Assembly: GCA_030628905.1 (NCBI GenBank)
Contig: DAOVQB010000001.1
Span: 41,375-105,374 of the forward strand
Length of the DNA stretch: 64,000 bases
Source of the DNA: Candidatus Eiseniibacteriota bacterium
Lineage (GTDB): Bacteria; Eisenbacteria; RBG-16-71-46; CAIMUX01; WJJG01
Direction of reading: 5' to 3'
Below are positions 46,350 through 55,248 of this stretch, one piece after another; position 1 is the first letter of the stretch; each line of letters begins with the position of its first letter. The notes below the pieces were generated by a model, which did no database searches, was not told where the DNA came from, and worked only from the letters and a program-made list of their open reading frames with translations. A program made the position numbers and the translations under genes.

Positions 46350-47636
46350 GTGGAGCCGTTGGGGGATAAGGTGAATATCACTCTGCTGGCCCTGATGCTG
46401 GCCCTGGTGCTGCTCTCGGCTTTTTTTTCTGGGTCGGAGGCTGCGCTTTTCTCCGTCACGAGGGTGCAAGTGCACCAGATACGCGCACGCCGGGACAAGC
46501 CCTCCCGCAGGATCCTCGCTCTACTTAACAATCCCAGCCGCACACTGACTACGTTGCTTGTTGGCAACAATCTCGTGAACATCGCTCTGTCTTCGATTTG
46601 CACGGTGTTCTGCCTCATGGTGTTCGAGGACAGGAACAGGGCGGTGGAGATCTCGGCCGTGGCCGTCACGCTGACCGTGCTTCTCTTTGGTGAGACGACC
46701 CCCAAGACCCTGGCCGTGAATTACGCCCTGGGGGGTTCCCGGGTGGTCTCCGGGAGCCTGCTGTTCTTCAGCCGGGTGCTGGGTCCCGTTACCCGGTTCG
46801 TCCACGGTCTCTCTATGTTGGTGCTGCGGGCGCTGGGAATGGAGGAGAGTGTTTCAGTTCCGAGAGCATTGATCTCGCGCGCTGAGCTGCGGGCCGTGCT
46901 TGAGGATGTGGACAAGGAAACCTCGGTGATCACTCGCCGTGAGAGCCGCATGGTTCAGAACATCCTCGATTTCTCCCGCCGTACGGCCGAGCAGATCATG
47001 ACACCACGAGTGGATGTCGTTGACCTCAATATGGCCGAGGCGCCCAAGCGATGTGTAGATCTCATGCGCGAGACACGCCACTCGCGCTATCCTGTTTTCG
47101 ATGAGGATCCGGACAATGTGCTCGGATTCGTCAAGGCCAAGGAGTATCTCCTCAATCCCGACAAGGGGATCCGTGAGCTCCTGCGCCCGGTGGTCTTTTT
47201 CCCCGAGACTGCTCCAGTAGACCGCATCTTCTCGGAGATGCAGAGTTCCCGAACTGCGATGGTGATTGTGGTCAACGAGTACGGGGAGACAGTGGGCTTG
47301 GTCACGCGGGAGGACGTGATCGAGGAGATCGTGGGTGACATATACGACGAGTTCGATCTGGAAGAAGTGCCCATCAGGAAGAAAGGGGAGGGTCTCTATA
47401 TTCTCCGGGGACGATCGGATCTCTCAGACCTCAACGAAGAACTGGGGCTAGAGCTTCCGGACGAGTCATCGGTTACGCTCAACGGCTTTCTGTGCGAGGT
47501 GCACGGAAAGATCCCGCGTCCCGGTACGGTGGTGGCGTGGAGAAACCTGCGCTTCCATGTAATGGAAGTGGCCCGCCATCAGGTGCGCAAGGTTCTCCTG
47601 GAGATCCCGGAGGGGAAGCGGGGGGACGAAGCATGA
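46350..47636 (+). CDS. CNNM/CorC/HlyC-family transporter-associated protein (DUF21 + CBS pair + CorC_HlyC)
   Basis: The DUF21 TM region is 'ITLLALMLALVLLSAFFSGSEAALFS' and 'GETTPKTLA'. The CBS region is 'ITRRESRMVQNILDFSRRTAEQIMTPR'. A C-terminal transporter-associated domain is present. Confidence 0.85.
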   Translation: MEPLGDKVNITLLALMLALVLLSAFFSGSEAALFSVTRVQVHQIRARRDKPSRRILALLNNPSRTLTTLLVGNNLVNIALSSICTVFCLMVFEDRNRAVEISAVAVTLTVLLFGETTPKTLAVNYALGGSRVVSGSLLFFSRVLGPVTRFVHGLSMLVLRALGMEESVSVPRALISRAELRAVLEDVDKETSVITRRESRMVQNILDFSRRTAEQIMTPRVDVVDLNMAEAPKRCVDLMRETRHSRYPVFDEDPDNVLGFVKAKEYLLNPDKGIRELLRPVVFFPETAPVDRIFSEMQSSRTAMVIVVNEYGETVGLVTREDVIEEIVGDIYDEFDLEEVPIRKKGEGLYILRGRSDLSDLNEELGLELPDESSVTLNGFLCEVHGKIPRPGTVVAWRNLRFHVMEVARHQVRKVLLEIPEGKRGDEA

Positions 47637-48895
47637 CGGTTGCAGATATCCTCCGTCATCTGATCCTCATCCTACTGGCCCTCGGAGGATCGGCCTACTT
47701 CTCGGCCGCGGAGATGGCGCTCATCTCTGCCAACCCGCTTCGTGTGCGCCAGCGGGCCAAGGCGGGCGTCTCCTCCGCCCAGCGCGTCCGCCGGCTCCTC
47801 GAACGCCGCGAGCACATATTGATCATGTTCCTGATCGGCCAGGCCGGGTTGAACGTATTGAGTGCGGCCATCACGACGGACCTTGTCGACCGGTGGCTGG
47901 GTCACGGATTGGCTGCTCCGATCATCTCGATTGTCTGTGTCACACTAGTGGTTGTTGTGGTTGCCGAGATCGTGCCGAAGGTGATTGGCAAGCGGGAGGG
48001 TGATCGCCTCCTCATGCAGCAGGTTCGGGTTCTGGAGTTTTTGCACTATCTCTTTCTCCCGCTTACACAGTCTGTACATCTCTATGTCAAGTTCCTGCTG
48101 CGGCTCGTGGGTCGCGGCCGCAGTTCGCCATTTGTCACCCGGGAGGAACTCAAACTCCTCGTGCGCGAGGCGCAGATAGAGGATGAGTCGGCCCACCGAG
48201 AGAAGCGGATGCTCGAATCGATCCTGGAGTTCCGCGAAACCGTGGCGCGGGAGATCATGATCCCCATGAACCAGGTGATCGCACTTGAGAAAGGTACGAC
48301 CTGCGAGGTCTGGCGCGCCATGGTTCGCAGGCACGGCTATACACGCATCCCGATCTACAAGAAGCAGATCGACCATGTGATCGGCGTCGTCAATGTCTTT
48401 GATCTGCTCTACGATGCCGACCCCAAGGATTCCGTGGATGACTATGTCCGTGAGATACCGATTGTGCCCGACTCGAAGCGCATCGATCACCTACTCGTGG
48501 AACTGCAGAAGACGCGCAATCCGATGGCGGTTGTGGTCGATGAGTTCGGATCCTGCGGGGGAGTGGTTACGGTGGAGGACATAGTTGAGGAGATCGTAGG
48601 CGAAATGGCCGACGAGCATGAACGGTCCTTCCGCAAGATCCGTCGGCTGGCGCCTGGGGTCTTCATTGTCGAAGGACTTACTGATATCGACGATTTGAAT
48701 CAGCAGCTCGGCCTGCAGCTGCCCCAGGGGCGCTATGACACAGTGGGGGGTCTCGTGCTCAGTCGGGCGGGACGGATTCCGCGCGAGGGGGAGCGGTTCG
48801 GTTTGCAGAACGTCACCTTCGAGGTGCTTGATGCGGATGCTTACGCTGTTCGCGTGGTCAAGGTGACACTGCCGAAGGAGGATCAATCCCGATGA
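47633..48895 (+). CDS. Second CNNM/CorC/HlyC-family paralog. Its start overlaps the previous stop (ATGA).
   Basis: 'ILRHLILILLALGGSAYFSAAEMALIS', '...AEIVPKVIG...' and 'KRMLESILEFRETVAREIMIP' show the same architecture as the upstream gene. Confidence 0.85.
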   Translation: MTVADILRHLILILLALGGSAYFSAAEMALISANPLRVRQRAKAGVSSAQRVRRLLERREHILIMFLIGQAGLNVLSAAITTDLVDRWLGHGLAAPIISIVCVTLVVVVVAEIVPKVIGKREGDRLLMQQVRVLEFLHYLFLPLTQSVHLYVKFLLRLVGRGRSSPFVTREELKLLVREAQIEDESAHREKRMLESILEFRETVAREIMIPMNQVIALEKGTTCEVWRAMVRRHGYTRIPIYKKQIDHVIGVVNVFDLLYDADPKDSVDDYVREIPIVPDSKRIDHLLVELQKTRNPMAVVVDEFGSCGGVVTVEDIVEEIVGEMADEHERSFRKIRRLAPGVFIVEGLTDIDDLNQQLGLQLPQGRYDTVGGLVLSRAGRIPREGERFGLQNVTFEVLDADAYAVRVVKVTLPKEDQSR

Positions 48896-49956
48896 AGAAG
48901 CGGCAACAACCTACCGCGGCGGCCGGAGCGCGCGGCGGGCGGAATCAAACCGGCGCGATATGGAAGAGAAGCGCAAGCACATTCCAGGTGGGCTTGGCCT
49001 TGCTTATCGCGGCGGCTCTAGCCCCATGGGCTGCAGTTGCTAGCGGTGACACGGCTGACTTCCAGAGCATGGCTGGGAACACAACTGCGGCTGTGGTGGC
49101 AGGCAGTGGTGGGGCCATCTACTACTCCTCCGGTAGCCATGTCACGTTTCAACCCTCTTCTGTTGAGAATCTCGAGGTGGATCTGTGGGGCGCTGCGGAA
49201 AACGGGTCGGGCCGCTTCTTTGTGGTGGGGGATGAGGGGACGATTCTGATCTCCAGCGGCGCTCATGGCGCGGCTTTCATCGCAGAAGCCTCCCCGACCA
49301 ATTACGCCCTCTACTGTGTCGTGGCCTTTGCGAGCTGCATGGTGGCTGCGGGAGATGGGGGCACGCTAGTGCGCAGCACCTCGCTATTGGGGGGTGGCTG
49401 GACCTCTCAGAGCACGGGCACACAGAAAACGCTGTATGATCTGGCCCAAGGCAACTCGGTCGCTGTTGCGGTTGGAGAGGGCGGAACAATCCTCAAGGGG
49501 AGCATCCATGGCACTGGATGGACGCCCGTTCCTGATGCACCGGCTCCTGGGGCGGAGCTGCGCGGCATAACGGTGCTGGGAGATCAGCGGTTTCTGGCCG
49601 TGGGCTTGGGGGGCACGGTGATCCGTGGCCTGGCAGATGGATTGAGCTGGGAGGTTTTGACCTTTCCTCCAGAGTGTGATCTGTATGATGTGGCCGCCAG
49701 ACCAGGTGCACAAGCGTTAGTCGTGGCGGTTGGGGAAGGTGGCATGGTGTTCACATCGAGTGATGCGGGCGAGACCTGGGAGCCGGCCGACTCCCCGGTC
49801 AATCGCACCCTTCGAAGCGTCGTTTACACCGGAAATGATTTCCTTGCCGCCGGAGATCACGGAACCTTGCTCCGCTCACTGTACGGAATCGTCTGGGACG
49901 ATCTGACCCCTATCCGCAAGACGAGCTGGGGAAAACTCAAGGGATTGTTCCGCTGA
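48892..49956 (+). CDS. Secreted BNR/Ycf48-like beta-propeller repeat protein
   Basis: A signal-like N-terminus is present. The 'G(E/D)GGT(I/L)L' + 'D.G.TW' units are repeated at least 5 times. The start overlaps the stop of the preceding gene. Confidence 0.55.
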   Translation: MKKRQQPTAAAGARGGRNQTGAIWKRSASTFQVGLALLIAAALAPWAAVASGDTADFQSMAGNTTAAVVAGSGGAIYYSSGSHVTFQPSSVENLEVDLWGAAENGSGRFFVVGDEGTILISSGAHGAAFIAEASPTNYALYCVVAFASCMVAAGDGGTLVRSTSLLGGGWTSQSTGTQKTLYDLAQGNSVAVAVGEGGTILKGSIHGTGWTPVPDAPAPGAELRGITVLGDQRFLAVGLGGTVIRGLADGLSWEVLTFPPECDLYDVAARPGAQALVVAVGEGGMVFTSSDAGETWEPADSPVNRTLRSVVYTGNDFLAAGDHGTLLRSLYGIVWDDLTPIRKTSWGKLKGLFR

Positions 49957-50088
49957 GAGGGTGTTAGGCATGGCATGCGGATACGCGGCGGCAGCAGATG
50001 GGCAGTTAGTAATGCGGGCTCCCGCAGCGCATCTGAGCGCCACTATACTCGACAGCCACGCCGCGTTTGATGTCGTTGATAGGGAATA

Positions 50089-53000
50089 GTGAGTATGGGG
50101 CGGAAGAAGCGGGTCCCCCGAGTGATGGCGGCCCACAGTGTGGGCGTCCGATGGATCACGCTGATCTACTTCTGTTCGGGGATCTGCTCCCTGATCGATG
50201 AAGTCGTTTGGGTCCGCCTGCTCAAGCTGACTTTGGGCAACACCGTCTACGCCTCGAGCATTGTGATTTCGATGTTTATGGGTGGGCTGGCGCTCGGAGC
50301 CCTCCTGATGACCCGCTTTGCAGATCGAGTCGAGCGACCGCTGCGGCTCTATGCGCTCCTCGAAGTCTGCGCTACGTTCTCGGCCCTGTCGTTGCCGATC
50401 GCCCTGCGCTTTGCCGATCAGGGATACCGCTGGTTCTATACACAGGCCCATCCATCGCCCGCGGGGCTGCTCGCTCTCCAGGTGATCGTGTCAGCCGTCC
50501 TGCTATTGGTGCCGGCGATGGTGATGGGCAGCACCCTGCCACTCCTCAGCCGGTATGTCACCGCGGTGCACGACCGGGTAGGACGCCTGGTCGGGCGCCT
50601 CTATGCGCTGAATATGCTGGGGGCCACGCTCGGCACGTTCCTCGCCGGCTTCGTGCTCATCCGCAGTGTCGGGGTGATGGGCACGCTCTACATTGCCGCG
50701 GGCATCAACCTATTGGTTGCTGTGAGCGGGTGGGTTCTTGCCCGCTCCCAGGCGAGCGTTCCCACGGCACCAGCGGACGCTGGGGGGGGGGGCGAGAGCT
50801 GGTCCCTGGCACGGAGGAGAAAGAACGCAAGCGGCTTCTCCTCATGGCAGCCTTCTTTGTTAGTGGCCTTATCAGCATCGGCTATGAGCTTGTCTGGATG
50901 CGGAGTATTGTCATTCCGATCGGCGGGTACACCTATGTTTTCAGCGCCGTTCTGACGATCTACTTGCTTGGCAATGTGGTCGGGGCTGGGATTGGAAGCT
51001 GGCTATCAAAGCGGCTCGTTTCTCCAGCGACCGGCTTTGGAATCAGTCTGACTTGCGTCGGGCTCTTTGGGATCGTCCACATTCCCTGGCTGGGCACCTG
51101 GCATTTGGACCTCGGTCCCCAGCTTCTAGAGGCTCTCTTCGGCGGCCTGCGCCGGACGTTCAGCTTCCAGGCGATGGGTCTGCCGCTGTTCTACAGCACA
51201 CTGCTCTTCTTCATACCCTCGCTAACGATGGGGGTGGGCTTCCCGCTTGCGCTGCAAGCGTGGAGCAACTACGTGGGCAAGGTAGGACAAACGACCGGCA
51301 CGGTCTACGGCGCCAATACAATTGGATCGGTGCTGGGCGGTGTGATGACCGGCTTCGTGCTCATCCCGCTCCTCGGTGCTCAAGTCGCTATCACGGTCCT
51401 GGGGCTTGCGGGGATCTTGCTCGGCGGAGCACTGATCCAGCTTTTTGCTCCGTGTCTAACGCGGCTACAGCGGGCCGGAATCCTCGCATTGGCGGTAGGC
51501 CTGACGATCACCACGATCTTTATTCCATCCGATCTGTTTGAGCGACGTATCGTGAGCACTCCGGGCGACGTGACGTTGGCGGCCCGGGAAGGGGTCACGA
51601 CAACGGTAGCCGTGAAGCGAACTGCGGACGGCACGCTCATCCTGACGTCGGACGGCGTGCATGTCGCCGGCGATGGCCTCCACCGTTCGGCACAGAAGAT
51701 GCTGGGTCATTTAGGGGTGCTCCTCAACACCACTGCCAGCGATGTATTGACGGTGGGGTTTGGATCTGGTGAGACATCGGACTGCCTAGCGCGGCACGGC
51801 CTGAACTGTATAGATTGTGTTGAGATCGCCCCGGAACTGGTGGAGGTCGCACTGGAGTATTTTGGGCATCTTAATCTGGGTGCGGAGCTTGACCACCACG
51901 TCCGAATGATCTACATGGATGCCAAAAACTATCTTCACCTGACCGATCGGAAGTACGACATCATCATCAACGACGCGGATATCCCCAGCTATGCGGGCAG
52001 CGCGCCTATCTTTGCAAGGGAGCATTTCCAGAGCGCCGCGGACCATCTCAATCCCGGTGGGCTCTTCATTACCAAACTCCATCTGACTGGCATCTCCCTC
52101 TCCAGCTTTGACAGCATCCTGGGCACCCTCCTCCAAGTCTTTCCTTATACAACCGTCTGGTTTCCGACTACGAAGGCATTTTCCTTCTTCTATCTCGTCG
52201 GCGCGCAGCAGGAGCAGATGTTCTCGCCGCGGTATGTTGAGGGGGAGCTGAGTAAGGAGGGCGTGCGCGAGAGCGTTGCCTACCTGAACTACAGTAGTAG
52301 CCACGATCTCTTCAGCTGCTACCTTGGCGACCAGAACGACATCCGCCGGTACCTGCGGGAATACAAGGTCAACAGCGATTACAGGCCGTTTGTGGAGTTT
52401 AATCTCGAGCAACGCGGGTCCGGGCTGCTGGATGCAGTCTATGCGCCGTTCTTGCAGGCTGTCAGGCGCGGTTCGCTGGACCGGCACCTCGACTGGAGTG
52501 GCATGTCAGACGGCGAACGGGAGCAGTGGGAGCGGGATCAGGAACGCCACGACCGCGCCGCGTCCTATCTGCTCAAGCTTCCTCGACGCCAAGACAGCTT
52601 CACCCGTATGGCCAGCATCTGCGATGGCTTGCGCATCATGCCGGATCACCCGGCTCTCCGTGATCAGGAGCGCAAGGGGCTGGTCCTAGCTCAGCAGGCC
52701 GTCATGGGTGGTATGAGTGAGCAGCTGCTGGCGGGGGCCGATGCGTTTTTGGTGGAACGGCCGCAGTGCGGATCCGTTTGGTTGATCAGGTCCTGGGCCT
52801 TGGAACGCCGCGGTGACATCAACGGGGCCCTCAAGGCTTGCGAGCGGGCGGAGCAATATGCGCCCGATCGCTATCTTGTGCATACGCAGCTTGGTCGATT
52901 GCTCTTGCGCCTGGATAATTTGGAGGAGGCGGTCGAGCATTACGAGGTGGCGTTGGAGCTCGAGCCGCAAAGCGCCGCGGGGCACGGAGGTCTGGCGCGC

Positions 53001-53378
53001 GTGCTGGTTCGCCAGCAGCACTTCAGGTCGGCGATAAGCCACTACCGCGAGGCTCTGCGCATCGATCCAGATCGGCTGACGACACTCAATGGTCTCGCCT
53101 GGCTCTTGGCGACCTGCCGGGATGCCAGCTTGCGCGATGCAGCCGAAGCCATCAGATTGTCCGAGCGGGCGTGTGAGCTGGCCCAGGGTGAGTGGATGCA
53201 GCTTGACACCAAGGCGGTAGCCTATGCCGCCGCGGGCCGGTACACTGAGGCCGTGGCGACCGCCGAGGAAGCGATCCGGGAGACGCAGGGCGGGCCCGGT
53301 GTGGAGGCTGTGCGGGAGATGCGCGTGCGTCTCGAGCTGTTCAAGGCCCAACAACCGTATGTCGAGGAACACCCCTAG
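50089..53378 (+). CDS. Fused polytopic membrane domain (internally duplicated) plus spermidine-synthase-like aminopropyltransferase domain plus C-terminal TPR repeats. The reading frame is interrupted by a poly-G tract at ~50782-50792 (frameshift or pseudogene).
   Basis: Frame 1 (50089-50955) encodes a 6-7 TM domain. After the G-run, frame 0 (from ~50800) encodes a second, similar TM domain 'LLLMAAFFVSGLISIGYELVWMRS...', then the PABS-like 'VLTVGFGSGETSDCLARHGLNCIDCVEIAPELVEVALEYFG...DIIINDAD' and TPR repeats. Confidence 0.65.
50782..50792 (+). repeat. Homopolymeric G tract (~11 G) at the frameshift point
   Basis: Direct reading: 'gacgctgggggggggggcgagagc'. Confidence 0.9.
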
Positions 53379-53460
53379 TGAGCGACATCACCTAGCGGCT
53401 CCGCTGTTGCGTGCTCAATTCGGTACAAGCTGCACCAAATAGCTAGTTCAGTCAGCCTCC

Positions 53461-54390
53461 CTACTGGAGCAGGCCCTTGATCCGGTAGGCGACCATGCGG
53501 TCTTCATCCGATGCGAGGAGTAGCTCGATTTCGCCCTTGTCGATCGTGACGACGCCGCAGCTCTCGCAGCGCTCTACCTTGATGCTGTCGAACTCGTGCT
53601 CGGTGAGGTACTCGCCGCACTTGGGACAGGTCATCCAGAAGCCCTCATCCCCCAGTTCGAGTTCCCGGTCCGCGCGCGCTCGGTCCAGTTCACGGCGTCT
53701 TTCGGCGATTCCGGCTACGGGAGTATCCAGGAAGCTCTCTTCTTCATCGAATGTCTCATAGGATAGGTCGGATTCGCAGGGCGGCGATTCCTCGGAGGAT
53801 GATTCCTCTGGGCATACGTTTTCTTCGCCGAGAGATGAATCGGATCCAGCTTCCAGATCCGTGATGGCTGGGGTCGGTTCATCAAGGATGCCTGTATCCA
53901 GAGTGGCGGTGCGTTCGGTTTCCATGGCCCGCAAGCGTTCGCTGGTTTCTTCCAGGCGCTGGAGAGCCTCATCGCGTTGCTGGCGCAACTGCTCAAGGTC
54001 CCGTTGCAGGGCGGCAATCCGTTCCTCGGAGGTCTTGATCCTGGCGGCAGATGCGCTTGTCTGCGGAATCGGCCGCTTGGTAAGGCCCTTGGGGGGCCTT
54101 TTGCGTGCGCCAATCCTCTTGGCGGCGGCCACTTTCCTAGCAGGCGTCTTCCGGGAAGCGGTCCTCTTTGGGGCACTCCTGCGGGCAGCAGAACCCTTGG
54201 GGGGCCTTTTACGCGCGCTAGCAGTCTTGGCGGCGGCTCCCTTGCGGGAAATGGTCTTCCTACGCGCAGAGGACCCTCTTGGAGCGCTCTGGCGCCTGGC
54301 CGGCTTCCCGGCAGCCACCTTCCGGCCGGATGCGCCTGTGGCTTTCCTACCGCTTGCTGAACCCCTGGAACGCCTTACTCCAGTCGCCAT
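53461..54390 (-). CDS. Multipartite protein: a basic Ala/Arg/Lys-rich H1-like N-terminal region, then a coiled coil, then an acidic segment, then a C-terminal double CxxC zinc-ribbon (zf-TFIIB-like)
   Basis: '...RKATGASGRKVAAGKPARRQSAPRGSSARRKTISRKGAAAKTASARKRPPKG...' is followed by 'ALQRDLEQLRQQRDEALQRLEETSERLRAMETE' and ends with 'MTCPKCGEYLTEHEFDSIKVERCESCGVVTIDKGEIELLL'. Confidence 0.5.
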   Translation of the reverse strand: MATGVRRSRGSASGRKATGASGRKVAAGKPARRQSAPRGSSARRKTISRKGAAAKTASARKRPPKGSAARRSAPKRTASRKTPARKVAAAKRIGARKRPPKGLTKRPIPQTSASAARIKTSEERIAALQRDLEQLRQQRDEALQRLEETSERLRAMETERTATLDTGILDEPTPAITDLEAGSDSSLGEENVCPEESSSEESPPCESDLSYETFDEEESFLDTPVAGIAERRRELDRARADRELELGDEGFWMTCPKCGEYLTEHEFDSIKVERCESCGVVTIDKGEIELLLASDEDRMVAYRIKGLLQ

Positions 54391-54413
54391 CGTTCACCTC
54401 CGTCGCCGGCTTG

Positions 54414-54908
54414 CTACCAGCGCATGCTAACCACAGGGATCCGCACCGCCCATCCTCGCCCTAGCTCTGAAGATGCCAGGGACTGCATGGGACCGTCCGC
54501 ATCCGGACCGTGGTACTGCGCACTACTCCTCAAGTCGCCCACCCAGGCAAATGGCTGCGCCGCGCTTGCGGATGCGAGCCCGGGTGCTCTAGTGGCGGCA
54601 AAGAGATCGTCATCCCCGCGCCATGCCGTCCAGACACCAAAGGCAAATCCGCCAAAGGTCCCGGCGACCAGTCCCCAGCGCACCACATCCGATTTGGAAT
54701 CCTCGTCGACAACAAGAGTGAGCGTTCCTCCCAAGACCAACCCTGTCATCCCCCCCAGCAGCATGTTCTTGGCCACCGTAAGCAGCGGTTCACGCGCCCG
54801 TACGGAGGAGGGAACTGCCAAGGTTAGGGCTAGGATCAGGGGAAGAAGCGCGCGAGCCACTCGGAGTGGGGAGCTTCCGTGGTTGCCAAGAACCGTGGCA
54901 TGAGCCAT
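54414..54908 (-). CDS. Hypothetical small membrane or exported protein (glycine-zipper-like)
   Basis: The ORF has a signal/TM-like 'LLPLILALTLAVPSSVRA' and 'LLGGMTGLVLGGTLTLVV'. No family was recognised. Confidence 0.35.
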   Translation of the reverse strand: MAHATVLGNHGSSPLRVARALLPLILALTLAVPSSVRAREPLLTVAKNMLLGGMTGLVLGGTLTLVVDEDSKSDVVRWGLVAGTFGGFAFGVWTAWRGDDDLFAATRAPGLASASAAQPFAWVGDLRSSAQYHGPDADGPMQSLASSELGRGWAVRIPVVSMRW

Positions 54909-55248
54909 GACTTATCTCCCGGGATTGTGTCCATAGCCTAACCGCGGGCATTCTAGGAATTGTGCTGCGAGGGTGTCAATCAGAACGGGGATCCCCTGCC
55001 CTAATTATCTGAGGGAGTGGAACTGACCTGACAGGGTCCAGACCTTGAAGCGCGCAGCGAGAACCGCGGCGCGCGATGCCCGAACAGATTGATATTATTG
55101 CAGATCCGCGCGTCTGTTGATCCAATGTCTGCAACGTGGCGGGTATCGTCTCGCGCTGGCAAGTCTCCAGGGCCGGATTTGATTTTTTCCGCGGGAAAGG
55201 GCATGATCGCAGTGAAATCGGGGCGGGGGCGTTCGGCAAGGTTCCCCG

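Noticed and set aside
50208-53378. Independent 1056-aa ORF starting at 50208
   Set aside because: Its first ~590 nt overlap the upstream frame with no sensible protein features. A single long gene disrupted at the poly-G tract explains both ORFs.
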